A stretch of DNA of 64,000 bases from Eledone cirrhosa (lineage: Eukaryota): positions 177,382,001 through 177,446,000 of the forward strand of contig OZ024740.1 of NCBI GenBank assembly GCA_964016885.1, read 5' to 3'. The position numbers and the translations under genes are program-made. The stretch's first letter is position 1. Every line of letters starts with the position of its first letter. Shown here piece by piece: positions 1-13,064 of the stretch. The notes under the pieces are model-generated. The model was not told where the DNA came from. It made no database searches and worked only from the letters and a program-made list of their open reading frames with translations.

Positions 1-208
1 GAACGAGTGTGACTTTTGAGTCCAGCCAGCGACTTGAAAACTCTGGTACAAACACTACACTTGTGACAATTATTGACACATGGTGCTGGGCCCATGGTAC
101 CATGTGACGACAGGTGCAGAGAGATCTCCAGATATAAAGCAATGCCTGTGCCGTGAATCTTTTATAGTGATCAAAGGCACTGCACAAAGCAGTCCCACTC
201 TCTTAACC
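1..208 (-). mobile_element. RTE-type LINE 3' fragment (C2H2 zinc-finger end of ORF), runs off window start
   Basis: Reverse complement of 5068-5277, which encodes HKCSVCTRVFKSLAGLKSHIR. Confidence 0.7.
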
Positions 209-337
209 ATACATACATACATACATACATACATACATACATACATACATACATACATACATACATACATACGTACGTACATACATACATACATACATAC
301 ATACATACATACATACATACATACATACATACATACA
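209..337. repeat. (ACAT)n microsatellite
   Basis: Seen directly. Confidence 0.98.
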
Positions 338-344
338 TGGAAAA

Positions 345-860
345 CTTAAAGAATAGATAATATTTATTTTGTGCGGAAAAATGTTATCTAATGAATTTGA
401 AGACACATTTAGCTACTGGAGTTGCTACGAACACTAATCTTTCGATGTCTATAGCCGTTTGGGATATCGGGTTTGGTATCTCTTAAGTTAACGTATACTT
501 GATACTACCTCAAGATTAAACATTATTGTAGTATTGTGGGAGGGCCTTAAATATTTCTTCGTTCACAAATAGTTGTGAGAGTCTAATGGATATTTTTTAC
601 TAAGTTCCTATTGATAGTCCTAGGGCAGTTAAAATGCAGGCCAATATATTGCAAATATTCATTCGATTTGTGGAACGGACAGTATAGAGAACTATTTAGG
701 TCTAGCGTAACGCTAAGAAGGTTAGCAGAGGTAAGCTTTGTTTCAACAGAGAAATACAAATTTATTATTTTGAATAATGGCTGCAAATTCTCTTTAAATC
801 TGTCCGTTGTTTGTGGGTTGACGTTGAGAAATGTCATTAGACAATATCATCTCGGTCCAA
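345..860 (-). mobile_element. Decayed Penelope-like element, RT C-terminal/thumb fragment
   Basis: ORF 583-837 (SANLLSVTLDLNSSLYCPFHKSNEYLQYIGLHFNCP) matches the PLE pattern xNFLDVTLDL..Y.P..K.N....YI...SNHP. Confidence 0.7.
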
Positions 861-1139
861 TCCTCCTCCTATGCATGTGAAATTAATCCTTTGTTCTTAT
901 AGAAGGTGTAATCCGATAAGGTCTCTGATCTCTACTTTGTTATTTTTCCTCGTGCTTACATTAAACTGGCTGTTTGACCTCTCACAGAAGCAAATAGTTC
1001 CGTCGTGTCGTAGTATATAATATGATGAATCTATCTGGATTTATGAGAACTGACTCGATCAGCGTTGACCTGGAGCTAAACAGAAAGACCACCAGCAACA
1101 ATTGTCTTAGTTTGTTGAATACATTTATAGTCGCTCTCC

Positions 1140-1380
1140 GACAGGTTTGCGGTCGTTCCCTTGGCAGTGGAAACTTCTGGTGTCCTCGGCCCCAGGGCTA
1201 CCTCCTTACTCACCACCATAGGCGCTGAGCTGGCCAGCCGCAGGTGTGAGCCCCGCGAGTTGGAGTGGCTTTTCCAGCGCGTCTCCCTTGCCGTCCTCCG
1301 GGGAAACGCCTTCTCCATTCTGTCCGCCGGGGCTGTGGGTGGGCCCCATCGCGTACCAATACATTAGACAATACTTTAAT
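1140..1380 (+). mobile_element. CRE-like non-LTR retrotransposon 3' end (restriction-like endonuclease C-terminus)
   Basis: AVETSGVLGPRATSLLTTIG...WLFQRVSLAVLRGNAFSIL matches the CRE-clade terminal motif; GC-rich island in AT-rich DNA. Confidence 0.75.
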
Positions 1381-1619
1381 GTTCTCATCATTATTTACAA
1401 TGTCTAGCTTTACGACGGACATCGTAATTCTGCTTTGAATTGTCTCGGCTTGTCTTGTATTTGTTTTAATCAGATTTTCCTTGCAGACTTATATATGTGT
1501 AGAGCGATTTGTTATACATCTATTCTTTAATTTTAATGTAGAAAGAGTAGAAATTGTGACATTTAAGAAATTGGTGGTGAGGGGAGAGAAATGACAAAGA
1601 TTTAATTTAGTTGTTGCCG

Positions 1620-2250
1620 AAGTGTTTAGGACTTGCAAATATCAACTTACCTTCAGATCGTAGACTAGGTTTAATTGCTTACATCAAAATGGATTCCGTT
1701 AAATATCTCTTAAGAGTTGGAGGGTCGTGTTGAACAAGCTGACTGAATACGTCTATTATAATAGGATGTCTATTATCCAGGACGAACATTGCATCGATAG
1801 AGTAGCGGACAAGCATTGCATTATGTCTCTGGTGACCAAAGCTACTAAAATTCCCCAACTGATTATACAGAAATCTATCCAAATAAATTCTTCTTGGTCT
1901 TCTCAAACGTCAGCTATGACCCTCCGGTATTTTACTTCAAGGAATACATTATCCAATGCTTCCATTTTTTTTCTTTGTTTGTTAGACAGTATGTTATGGT
2001 TCGGGAGAGATATGGATGCTATTTCTAGTTGATTGAGTCACCATGAAAAGCTTACTTCGTAGGTGCCACACACCACCATGTTTGAAATAGTCGCCTTGTG
2101 GCGAGTTAAAATATTCGAGTGTTATATTCTCTGTTTACATATTCCTTGTTACGAATTCCTTCATAAGATATATTTCCATCTATTCTTAAATATCTGTAGC
2201 AGTCTTTGTCAGATACCGCTGAAACAATCAGACCATTGATAGAGATATTG
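1620..2250 (-). mobile_element. Highly decayed R4/Dong-like RT fragment
   Basis: Minus-strand DCYRYLRIDGNISYEGIRNKEYVNREY resembles the R4/Dong YKYLGI region; many stops. Confidence 0.45.
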
Positions 2251-2479
2251 CTATATTGGATTGTCGTTTTTCATCATATTACAATCATATATATACATTT
2301 AGCCTGCCCAGACACCATCCCTGTATCTTTCCCATCGTAACCAGATCAAGGTTTTATATTCGTGGTATATACTTTCATATCATTCATAAAAAAGATGTGT
2401 CAAGTGAGTGTATTGTATACACTTCATATTTCCTCAGCATAAAGGAGAAAGGGTATAAATAGTATCACAGTGAGACTGT

Positions 2480-3856
2480 ATAATGTATGTAATTTTGCTA
2501 TGGTTTTCTTGATGGCTTTTGAAGGTTGCTCACATGAGGTCTACATTAGATATCGTACAACAGGTATAATGTTCAATATCAGAAGGTTTGCTGCCAGAAC
2601 GAAAATACTTACATCGCTGATACGCGAATGCCTGTATGCTGACGACTGTGATCTTTTCGTTCATACCGAGAGTGACATGCAACATCCCATACATTCTTTT
2701 TCGAAAGCATGCAGTGCATTGGGCTTAACAATTAGTCTGAAAAAGGTTGTGGTGTTGTACTAACCTGCACCAGGCTCAGCTTACTCTACGCTAAATATAT
2801 ATGTCTATGGCCAGAAATTTAAAGTCGCGGATATGTTTGTAGATCTAGGCAACACTGTGAATATGAACAATTCTCTGGATGAAGAAATGTCCCTTCGAAT
2901 TAAGAAGGCAAGTGATGCATTTGGAAATCTGGATAGGTGTCTATGGTGTCAACATGGTATTTCAATTGAGGCAAAGTTAAAAGTGTATAATACTTGTGTT
3001 TTGTCCTCTTTGTTGTTTATATCTGAGATGTGGGTCACTTACCGAAAGCATCTGAAAGGATCGGAGTATGTTCACCAAAAGTGTCTTCGATGTATACAGG
3101 GCATCCACTGGAAAATGTAGGTGAGTGGCACTGAAGACCTCGATTGCAGTCGGTTTACCAGTAAAGAGTCCCTCATATTTCAACATTGATGAAGATGGGG
3201 TGGTCATGTAGTGAGAATGGATGATCATCGCATCACTAAGCAGTTCCTGTATAGTGAGCTGGTCGAAGGTAAACAACCGACGCACAATCCAAAATTGAGG
3301 CATACGGATTACATTAAAAGCACGCTGGGGAAGATGAAAATATCGGAGAACCACTGAGAGAACCTCTATTTAGATCGACTTTCCTGGAGGACGGCAGTGT
3401 GTGATGGGAGGGGAGAATTTCAAAGAAACCGTGGTGAGCATGAACAGCTAAAGCAGTGTGCTTGCAGTCTAGCCTGTTTAAGCATCTTAGCATGCAGGTT
3501 GATTTAACATGTAAAGAATGTGGCTGGTTATGTCTAAGTAGGGGGGAGGGGCTTGGAAGTCATCGGAGAAGCCGCGTACGGGGGACACTATCAATTGTGC
3601 ATTGTCTGGCATTTCTGTTTGTGGGATGTGTGGAAAAGTGTGTACGTCAGTTGTTGACTGAAACGTCATTTCAAAGTGCACCAAAACAGAACCTTAACAC
3701 CTACTGCGAGAGGCCCCATTGCTGCAACGTCTGTGCAAGAGTGTACAAGTCCCCATCAGGACGAAAACACCCCGTCCGTGCTACTCATACTTAAGTATCA
3801 AGCGATAGCATTACTCGAAATTGAGTTGCAATCATCATATACGTATGTATGTATGT
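2480..3856 (+). mobile_element. RTE LINE, 5'-truncated and decayed (RT to 3' zinc fingers and TATG tail)
   Basis: IRECLYADDCDL, RIKKASDAFGNL, KLKVYNTCVLSSLL, CNVCARVYKSPSGRKHPVR; 3' stem-loop then (TATG)n. Confidence 0.9.
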
Positions 3857-4099
3857 TCTTCTGGTTTTATAATTTCACAAAGTTTTACCAATAGAGAGAG
3901 AGTCGGTTTCTAACATAGACACAAGACTCTCTCACTGGAATTTACACAACATCAACTAGGTAAATTATGTATGTATGCCTGCATGCATGTGTAGATATCG
4001 ATGTTATTGTTTGTGTGCATGTATCTGTACATGCTTTGTATCTGTACATGTGTATATGCAGTTATTAGATGCAAAACTTTCGGAATGTTTTACATATTT

Positions 4100-4520
4100 T
4101 TACTGTTCCATTAATGGATTGTACTTGTAATTTCCTAACTAGTTGTGTCCTTTCTGTTCCTGTGAAGCCTAGCTTCTCAAGATTTGTATTGAGGCAGTTA
4201 CTAACATACCCCCAGTGCCCCAATAATCACAGGCATAAATCCGAAGGTGTAATCAGGGTGGAGTATCTGCAGATTTCTCATCAGTTCTGCATAAATATTC
4301 ACCTTTTCGCTAATCTTTGATATTATATTGGCATCTGCTGGGCAGCTAACTTCCACTACTGTGCATGCCTTCTTTTCCCTGCCCCATATCATAATATCTG
4401 GTCTGTTATGCCTGCATTTTATTGGGGTTTTTACTGGAACATTCCACCAGTATTCTTTCATATTATGTACATGGATGTCTTCCGCATTGCTGTAGCTTTT
4501 AATGTGTTTATTATCGGGGC
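4100..4520 (-). mobile_element. R4/Dong non-LTR element, restriction-like endonuclease fragment
   Basis: YWWNVPVKT..HNRPDIMIW..CTVVEVSCP..EKVNIY..MPVIIGALG (PD-(D/E)xK RLE). Confidence 0.85.
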
Positions 4521-4526
4521 TATCTT

Positions 4527-4527
4527 G

Positions 4528-4559
<32 letters not shown>

Positions 4560-4630
4560 TGTATGTATGTATGTATGTATGTATGTATGTATGTATGTAT
4601 GTATGTATGTATGTATGCTTGTATGTATGT
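4527..4630. repeat. (TATG)n microsatellite
   Basis: Seen directly; a further tract lies at 4931-5000. Confidence 0.97.
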
Positions 4631-5000
4631 AAAAGTGTGTGAGTACATGAATAAATCTGTGTGTGTGCGATTAACGATTGTCATGTCTGAAGTCTTCCAG
4701 AGGTGTATCCTTGTCCGTGTCATTGTTTTTGTCCACTGAGAGGAAAAAATGAATTGTACCTATAATTCAAATGACCAGCTTTCTCAAACACTTTGGTATG
4801 CTGAATCTATCTGAGAACTACGTATCTGTGGAATGCTCTACAATTGGTAAGTATTTCACGAGGATGCTCTGCCGTTGATCAAATCAGCTAGTACAGCTTT
4901 TGTCGAACGCGACGGATGTCCATCAACATTATGTATGTATGTATGTATGTATGTATGTATGTATGTATGTATGTATGTATGTATGTATGTATGTATGTAT

Positions 5001-5384
5001 ATAACACCTGCAACCCTGATGGTATCCAATGATGTTGACTTGTTCTTCTTTTTGGTAAATATCATCTTGGTTAAGAGAGTGGGACTGGCTTTGTGCAGTG
5101 CCTTTGCTCACTATAAAAGCTTCACAGCACAGGCATTGCTTTATATCTCGAGATCTATCTGCACTTGTTGTCACATGGTACCATGGGCCCAGCACTATGT
5201 GTCAATAATGGTCACAAGTGTAGTGTTTGTACCAGAGTTTTCAAGTCGCTGGCTGGACTAAAAAGTCACATTCGTTCAGCGCATCGGTAGGGGTTCTCCT
5301 ACATGGATATAAAGTAGTGGCCGTACTCGAAAACGAGTTGGCAGCCACCATGTATGTATGTATGTATGCATACACGTATGTATG

Positions 5385-5418
<34 letters not shown>

Positions 5419-5456
5419 TGTATGCATGCACGTATGTATGTATGTATGTATGTATG

Positions 5457-5485
<29 letters not shown>
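5001..5485 (+). mobile_element. Short RTE-derived element (5'UTR-like piece joined to 3' end) with (TATG)n tail
   Basis: 5001-5065 resembles 20398-20460; 5068-5350 is the RTE zinc-finger end plus stem-loop actcg-aaaa-cgagt. Confidence 0.65.
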
Positions 5486-5487
<2 letters not shown>

Positions 5488-5656
5488 GTTTATGCATACA
5501 CATATACATATGTATATAATATAAATATAAACATAACAAATCGAGTTAGATGCAATATGGATACTAAGTGGTATTAAGTGTCAAAAGGCAACCTAACAAG
5601 AAGTGCGCCGCATAGATAAAAGTAAACGGCAGTAGATGTATTGGCACAGGTGTGTG

Positions 5657-5807
5657 TATACATACATACATACATACATACATACATACATACATACATA
5701 CATACATACATACATACATACATACATACATACATACACACAAATGCACATACAAACACGAATACCCAAATATATGAATATACAAAGTGTAAATATATAT
5801 ATATATA

Positions 5808-5860
<53 letters not shown>

Positions 5861-5986
5861 ATATACATATATATATTTATTTGTATATATATACATACAT
5901 ACTTATATATACATGTATACATACATATATATATATACACGCACACACAAACCTCTATGTATATATATATATATATATATATATGC

Positions 5987-6070
<84 letters not shown>
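5657..6070. repeat. Compound (TACA)n/(TA)n/(GT)n microsatellite
   Basis: Seen directly. Confidence 0.97.
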
Positions 6071-6075
<5 letters not shown>

Positions 6076-6814
6076 TTGTATTTATACGTGTGTGATATGT
6101 TAAGTTAGAGATTGCGTTAGGAGGAGTGTGCTGAGTTGTCAAATCAAAGGAGCGGCAGTAAGACAGGTGAAAAGGATAAACATCCTTCTGTTGCGACAGA
6201 GGCATATAAACAGTGACCCGGATGAGGTCAATATTTTGAGGTAGGCTTTCTAGTTACTTCTTTCCTCGGTAAAACTCAAATTTTCCTTCTACCCCATCAA
6301 CTTCTTAAGGGCTATATGAATAGTTGTTGCTTAGCACTAGTGGCTGGTTTATTTCTCATTTACAACAACACTTACATCGATGCAGCTTATGTTCCTGAAC
6401 AACTACAGGACAACAACTGCAAGAAAACATAGGTTTGGAGGGGATATGAGAAAGCTGACCGTCTGGAAAAAGGGAATAGACGTAGTTCTTAATGAAAAGT
6501 CATGATGTAGCTTTCGGTGATAGGATACGAATTAGTAGACTTGAGGCTGGTGTACGTGGAATGCGGCTCCCCAGCACCTGAAACAGAACTAGAAAGCCGG
6601 CTAAGTTGTAGTAGAAAAGGCAGGGTTAAAATGGCTGTTTGTGCAGGAGGTTGCAATGTGTTAGTGAACAGAAATTCCATACCAATCTGTGGATTGAACC
6701 TGTTCAACTACTCCTCCTGTAGACAATTCAATTTATTACCTGTTGAGATATACTTCAATTTACTAAACCTTACACAACTCAAATCAACATACTAGAGAGT
6801 GAAGATAAATGGAC

Positions 6815-7085
6815 TTTCGTTGGTTTCGATGATGAAGGTTTCATTTGTTCGATCAATGGAACGGCTACCTTGTGAAATTTACGTCATGGGGGTGGGTGTA
6901 GATACGTACATCCTTATGGAACACCTCGGAGATTCGGCGTAATACAATATACAACAGTTTCTAACATTCCCGTCTACCCACCAGCACACACACGACTTAG
7001 GCCGAACTGAGGTTATGGTATGAGATAATTAGTCAAGACACTACACACTGGGACAGAAGCTGGAAACTTAGGATTGTGAATCGAA
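6815..7085. mobile_element. Old degenerate SINE fragments of a second family
   Basis: gatgaaggtt..gatcaatggaacggct..gtgaaatttacgt and cactgggacagaagctggaaac..ggattgtgaa resemble octopus SINE body and reverse tRNA-head sequence (recognition only). Confidence 0.4.
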
Positions 7086-8277
7086 AGAGAGGAAAAGGGG
7101 GAGTACACTACAAACTAAAGACATTGAACTATATAGTTCCGTTTTTTTTTGTTTGTTTCTGAGTTCATATTATGTCTGCTAAAAATACCCCTTAATATCT
7201 CTGATGAGTCGAGGAAAATAATTACCAGTAATATATAGGAAACTATAATAATTTGAGCAGTTAATGCACTAATGTTTTCGTGCAGTGTATCAAGTGAACG
7301 GCCAACTGCATAAAATTAATATTTCAACACAGTATCCATATTATCCGCTGAATTATTCAACTGACAGTATCCACAGTATACACTGAATCAATAAAGTGTT
7401 GTAGACAATCAATATTCCGCTTGTTTTTATGGTGATGCTGTTTATTACTAAAACGTGCCATTCTTAAAAGTAGGACCCTATTGGTACACTAATTAGTATG
7501 AGAGTTAAACACTTTGGCAACTGTCGATACTCAAAATCGATGATACTATATAAGCCACGGGGTTCTTGGCTGGTTATATCAAACCCGAATTCTTCTGCTA
7601 TATATTACCACTCTAGGATTGAACTTGAGGCTAAAATTCCAATAGACATGAGCAATTAAATGACACCTTTAAAAGTGGTGAGATTTCTCAAATCAAAGTT
7701 TTTTGTTCTTCATAAGCTAATAAGAAGACATTAATGTCATCACACTCCATTTCCTTTGTACTAAATAATGACCATGACTCTAAGCCGGGGTAAACTTAAA
7801 CATATATCACCACCCGTTTAGCAGAACTGCAGATGGAAAATGAATCTCTTTGTATATTACAATCCCAATATAAGGTCGATTTATAAATGTCTGACAACAG
7901 AAAGACTACATGCAATATATTTGGTCGTCCACACGCTCTCGAACTTAAGTTCTGTTACCGCTGAGGTCTTGGATTTTCTTACCTTAAGTTCCTTGCACAT
8001 TCCTCGGTTTGTTGTTTTTTTCGCTGTTTTCTCTTTTCTTCCCTTTTTCCCTTTTCCCTTCTATTCCCCCCCCCCCCTCCGGTTTTCCCAATAACTTACC
8101 CAGTTATTGAACGCTCTGGAGGTAGATATATTGTCTTTAAAGCGTTGAAATATCCGAGATCCCCAGTAGACAACTGATGAGGAAGCCCCCCCCCCTCCCC
8201 TTCTTGCTTTCTTCTTATTCTCATTCCATTTTTAAGCCTAACTTAACTAGCAACTACACAACCAATCCTATTCTCCA

Positions 8278-8366
<89 letters not shown>

Positions 8367-9078
8367 CATACATATAGTTTGGAAAATTGGGTAAACCAGA
8401 TACGTTCCATTCTACGTACGAGCTCTTGTCCAATGTTTTCCGTCTCAACTATTATATATTTTTGTATTTTGGACGCTCAAATTACAAACACTCCCAGCGC
8501 TTTGTAAATTCATTATAGGGTTAAAATGAAGACATTAGATATTTCTTCGGTGTGATATAGGCGTTGTATGATTAAAATGAAAACATTAATATAACTCTAA
8601 AATAAATTCTAGTGTATTAAGAATACAAATTTAAACTATTGTCAGGAGTTTTTATGGGCAGGTTTCTTTAAAATATTCAAAATGTATACCCATAGTCCTA
8701 AACCATGGAATTATCAACTGAAGCAGCAAATATAATTGTGTCGAGTCTACAAATGACATACGAACATTTTAATGTCTTTATGTATACTCATGCACGAAAA
8801 CACAGGTATAGAGGTTGTTAGATATAATGCATTTATATTTTCAATGTATTATGATTATACATATACACATGCATATGTACTTACACATACATATACAGCT
8901 TTGTGTGTGTACGTGTCTGTAAATATAAATAAATAAATAAATAAATAAATAAATATATATATATGTACAGTATGTATATATAAATGTAATCTGAGTTTTT
9001 CGAATATTAAAAATAATATTCGATTCGTTTGCAATTATACAAACAACCCTCTTTTAAGCCAGGTCAGTAGAATGACCC

Positions 9079-9115
9079 CTTGTTGAGAAGGAGACTCAAT
9101 CTCCTTCTCAACAAG
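9079..9115. repeat. Perfect 16-bp inverted repeat, 5-nt loop
   Basis: cttgttgagaaggaga-ctcaa-tctccttctcaacaag. Confidence 0.95.
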
Positions 9116-9205
9116 TAAGATGCTAAAACTTACCACAACACTTGATTTTAAATCTTTATTTTTTAGTTTTTTATCCTTATTAATTCTTTTTAATTGTAAT
9201 ACTCA

Positions 9206-9251
9206 ACATTTGATGAGATGAATTTTACTAATATATCGAAACCGGTAATAT
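9206..9251 (+). ncRNA. Degenerate minimal type-I hammerhead ribozyme
   Basis: tTGATGA-gat..atc-GAAA-ccgg-TA; C3 changed to U, weak stem I, palindromic stem III accggt. Confidence 0.55.
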
Positions 9252-9394
9252 CTTTATATACATTATAAAACTCTTTTTTAAAAGAATCGTCCCTCTCATT
9301 TTTTCAATAATGCCACTTTGACGAATCAAAGAAAAAGAAAAAAAAAGAAAAACAGACCCTTAAATATATTTTCAGTACTATTTCCAATCTCACC

Positions 9395-9480
<86 letters not shown>

Positions 9481-9513
9481 AACAAAGGGCAGTTACTTAG
9501 TCCATCCGTATTT

Positions 9514-9591
9514 ATTTTATTATACGTATTTCGAAGATGTATTATGGCTTATGTATAACATAAGTCAAAATATGTTCTCTTCAGTTAAAAT
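9514..9591 (-). ncRNA. Type-I hammerhead ribozyme in the PLE 3' region
   Basis: attttaa-CTGAAGA-gaa..long stem II..ttc-GAAA-tacgta-TA|ataaaat; palindromic stem III; about 35 nt from (TA)n. Confidence 0.8.
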
Positions 9592-10346
9592 CCACGGGAG
9601 ATGTAGATATCATTTGATATGCAAGCGGTCAGACGAGCTATTGGCGTTTTTGATTACCGGATTGGTCAAATAAATCAAAAGAAAACAAGTATTGACCGTC
9701 AGTCTATTTAATTTATCACTTATATTAGAATATAAAAATTAAAAAAATTATTCAAAGATGCTAAATTTATAATGTAACTATATAATTGAGAAAATGTTAA
9801 AGAAATCTTAAATTACTATTTTCATTGTTTATATTTACAATTTTATTTTAGTAGATATTATATGGAAGAATATTTAAGTGGAAAAATATTTAACACTTGG
9901 CGTTGATATTTTTAAGAACTGGTTAGAGTATCATGGTACCGGATTAAAACATTTAGTTCAAAGGAAAATATGTATGCATTATAGCCTAATTTATCATTTT
10001 ATGTTAGACTTAATTCACTTAGATACTATTTAGAAATTTAAGATAGATTTTAAAGTTATAATGAAGAAAAATTATATATCTTATTTCATAGTCTATTTAG
10101 CATTATTTACATTTTAACAACAAATTAGCTTTAAAATATTTATTTAAAATTCTAACTAAATGCCCTATGAAACGTTTTGCCGAATTTGGAAAGACAGAGC
10201 TAAAGATTTCAGAGTGTTTATTTATAATTAATTGTCTATTTTCTATGATGTGAAGAATCTCTGTGGTACTGAGGTCACACCCCTTAGATATATATGCCTT
10301 TTCATAAGGAAACGTATGAGAAAGTTTCCACCAAGAAAGGGAATAT

Positions 10347-10515
10347 TAGAGGGTCGGACGCCATGCTTTGACGCATAGAGTTACGGCCCTTGCCATTCTG
10401 AGTTCAAATCCCGCCGAGGTTAACTTTACCTTTTATCCTTACAGGGTCGATAAAATAAAGTACCAGTAATGCACTGGTTAATTTCTGGCCTTGTGCCAAA
10501 AGTAGAAATAATTAT
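10347..10515 (+). mobile_element. tRNA-derived SINE, nested in the PLE endonuclease
   Basis: B-box-like gagttcaaatcc; body ccgaggttaactttacc..gggtcgataaaataaagtaccagt; end ggccttgtgccaaaagtagaaa. Confidence 0.9.
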
Positions 10516-11101
10516 TTTTAAGCGACCAAATCAATTCTGGGAGGGCCGTGCTAAATCTTTTATCTTTTCTTTTAAACGAGTGGCGATGGGTATACCAGCT
10601 TTCTTTAAATTTAGAAGAAGTAACACCAATATAAATATAAGACTTATTCGTTTTAACTACTGATTCATAAACTAAATTCCAATCAAAACAGTTATTACCT
10701 AATGAGCAAAAATTACGATTTTTACAATTACAATTATTTCCGTTGTTATTCAAAATTCCTTCTCTGTGTCCGTATGTCGGTAGGTTTCTCTCTGTTAATC
10801 GAATTATTACTGCTATACAAGATGATGTTTATTCTATTGGTGATATTATGTTTACAATTGTGAGTTATCTCCCTATGTTAAATTCCAAGATTTCTATTGT
10901 TAATGTTTGCTATATTTTGGGCAAATTTTAGTAGTTGAGTAGGAAAGTTTAATTTTGTGTCGGTTAAAGATTTTACTACATATATGTGGATCTAGGAAAA
11001 CATTTAACTAGTGCGTTAAAGAAAAATCTAGCTAAGTTCTTCTTAATTCCGATGGATAGAGGTGGATTATACCACAGAACGGAACGGTATCGAATCCTCT
11101 T

Positions 11102-12189
11102 ACCACCAACACCAGCACCACCACCACCGCCACCACCACCAGCAGCACCACGACGACAACCACCATCACCACCACCAGCACCACCACCACCAGCACCACC
11201 ACCACCAGTACCACCACCGCCACCAGCATCACCACCAGTACCACCACCTGCGCCACCACCACCACCTGTACCACCACCACCACCACCACCACCAGCACCA
11301 CCACCAGCACCACCACCACCACCAGTACCACCACCAGCACCAGCACCACCACTACCACCACCACCACCAGTACCACCACGACCACCACCATCACCACGAC
11401 CACTACCATCACCACCACCACCAGTACCACCAGCACCACCATCAGCACCACCACCACCAGCACCAGCACCACCACCAGCACCACCACCACCACTATTACC
11501 ACCACCACCAGCACCACCAACACAACCAGCACCACCAGCACCACCAGCACCAGCACCACCACCACCACCAGCACCACCAGTACCACCACCACCAGTACCA
11601 CCACCAGCACCACCAGCACCACCAGCACCACCAGTACCACTATTACCACCACCACCACCACCACCAGCACCACCACCACCGCCACCAGCACCACCACCAG
11701 CACCACCAGCACCACCACCACCACCACCAGCAACAGCACCACCACCACCACCACCACCACCAGCACCACCAGCACCACCACCAGCACCACCACCACCACC
11801 AGCACCACCACCAGCACCACCAGCACCACCAGCACCACTATTACCACCACCACCAGCACCACCAGCACCACCAGCACTACCACCACTACCACCACCACTA
11901 CCGACACCAGCACCACCACAACCATCACCACCATCACCACCAGTACCACCAGCACCAGCACCACCGCACCACCACCACTACCACCACCACCAGTACCACC
12001 ACCACCAGTACCACCACCAGCACCAGCACCAGCACCAGCACCACCACCACTACCAGTACCACCACCACCACCAGTACCCACGCCACTACCACCACCACCA
12101 CTATCACCACCACCAATACCACCACCAGTACCACCACCAGCACCACCACCAGCACCACCACCACCACCACCAGTACCACCACCAGCACC
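11102..12189. repeat. 1.09-kb imperfect (CCA)n/(GGT)n triplet repeat
   Basis: cca units with gca/gta/cta/tca variants; source of the poly-Pro, poly-His and poly-Val ORFs. Confidence 0.97.
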
Positions 12190-12353
12190 ATTGTATATCA
12201 CGTTTTTTCACGAGATCTGCGTTAAGAGTGCACGTATCTATGGAAGGGTCAACTACTTGCTCGTTAATTACACGAGCATGCAGCTCTATTTTTTTGAAAA
12301 ATTGGAGCACTCTACATACATAAGATATTGATGTACACTAATATATATGTGTA

Positions 12354-12441
<88 letters not shown>

Positions 12442-12898
12442 AGTGTGTATGCATGTATATATATATATATCAATACATCCATGTAGGCTCACCTATCCAT
12501 ACATAAATACATACACACATGCATACATATAATCCCTTGCGTGTTTAAGTGGTTTAAATTTTCTATATGAGAACATAGAGTAATACAATAAACGGATTAA
12601 AAGTAACATGTCTTGCGCTCTTTTGTCTTCGTTCGGCTCAGGGCATCAAGACGTAAGCTATGAAATACAGGCAGGAATACAGTAAGATATAATGATAGAA
12701 GTACAGAGAGACAGAGAAAGAGAATGATAGTAAGATTGATATTGATACAGAAAATATAAGACATGATGGCCATAGAGATACACCACAAACCTCCTATTTC
12801 CATAAAAAGTTATACATACAAATTAAATCGAAACAAGAGCAAGTAATTAGACATGAATGAAAGTGAAAAAGAGGTAAAGAACGAGATAGAAAAATAAT

Positions 12899-13064
12899 TA
12901 TAATGGTTTCTGATTCAGGCACGAGGCCACAGATTTTGGAAGGGGAGGGGAAAATCGATTATATCCACCTCAATGCATTACTGGTACTTTATTTCATCAA
13001 CGTCGTAAGGCTAAAACGTAAAGCTAACCTCGGGGTGGGGGTGGGGGATTTGAACTCAGAATGT
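12899..13064 (-). mobile_element. tRNA-derived SINE (older subfamily)
   Basis: ggatttgaactcagaa and tactggtactttattt motifs. Confidence 0.8.

Larger units (their letters stand above)
9480..12315 (-). mobile_element. Penelope-like element 3' half (thumb, linker, GIY-YIG, 3' UTR with HHR), probably Hydra-type
   Basis: RYRSVLWYNPPLS; CNCKNRNFCSL..NLVY..YIGVTSSKFKESW..H..SF..TALPELIWSLK; continues after a SINE as W..PY..GCDL..EI..INKHSEI. Confidence 0.85.

Noticed and set aside
7195-7260. ctgatga..gaaa hammerhead candidate (a similar one lies at 18749)
   Set aside because: Stems do not pair convincingly, and the 18749 case has GACA in place of GAAA
10986-12323. 445-aa proline-rich (extensin/formin-like) and 387-aa His-rich ORFs
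   Set aside because: Stop-free readings of the (CCA)n repeat; the flanks are antisense PLE sequence
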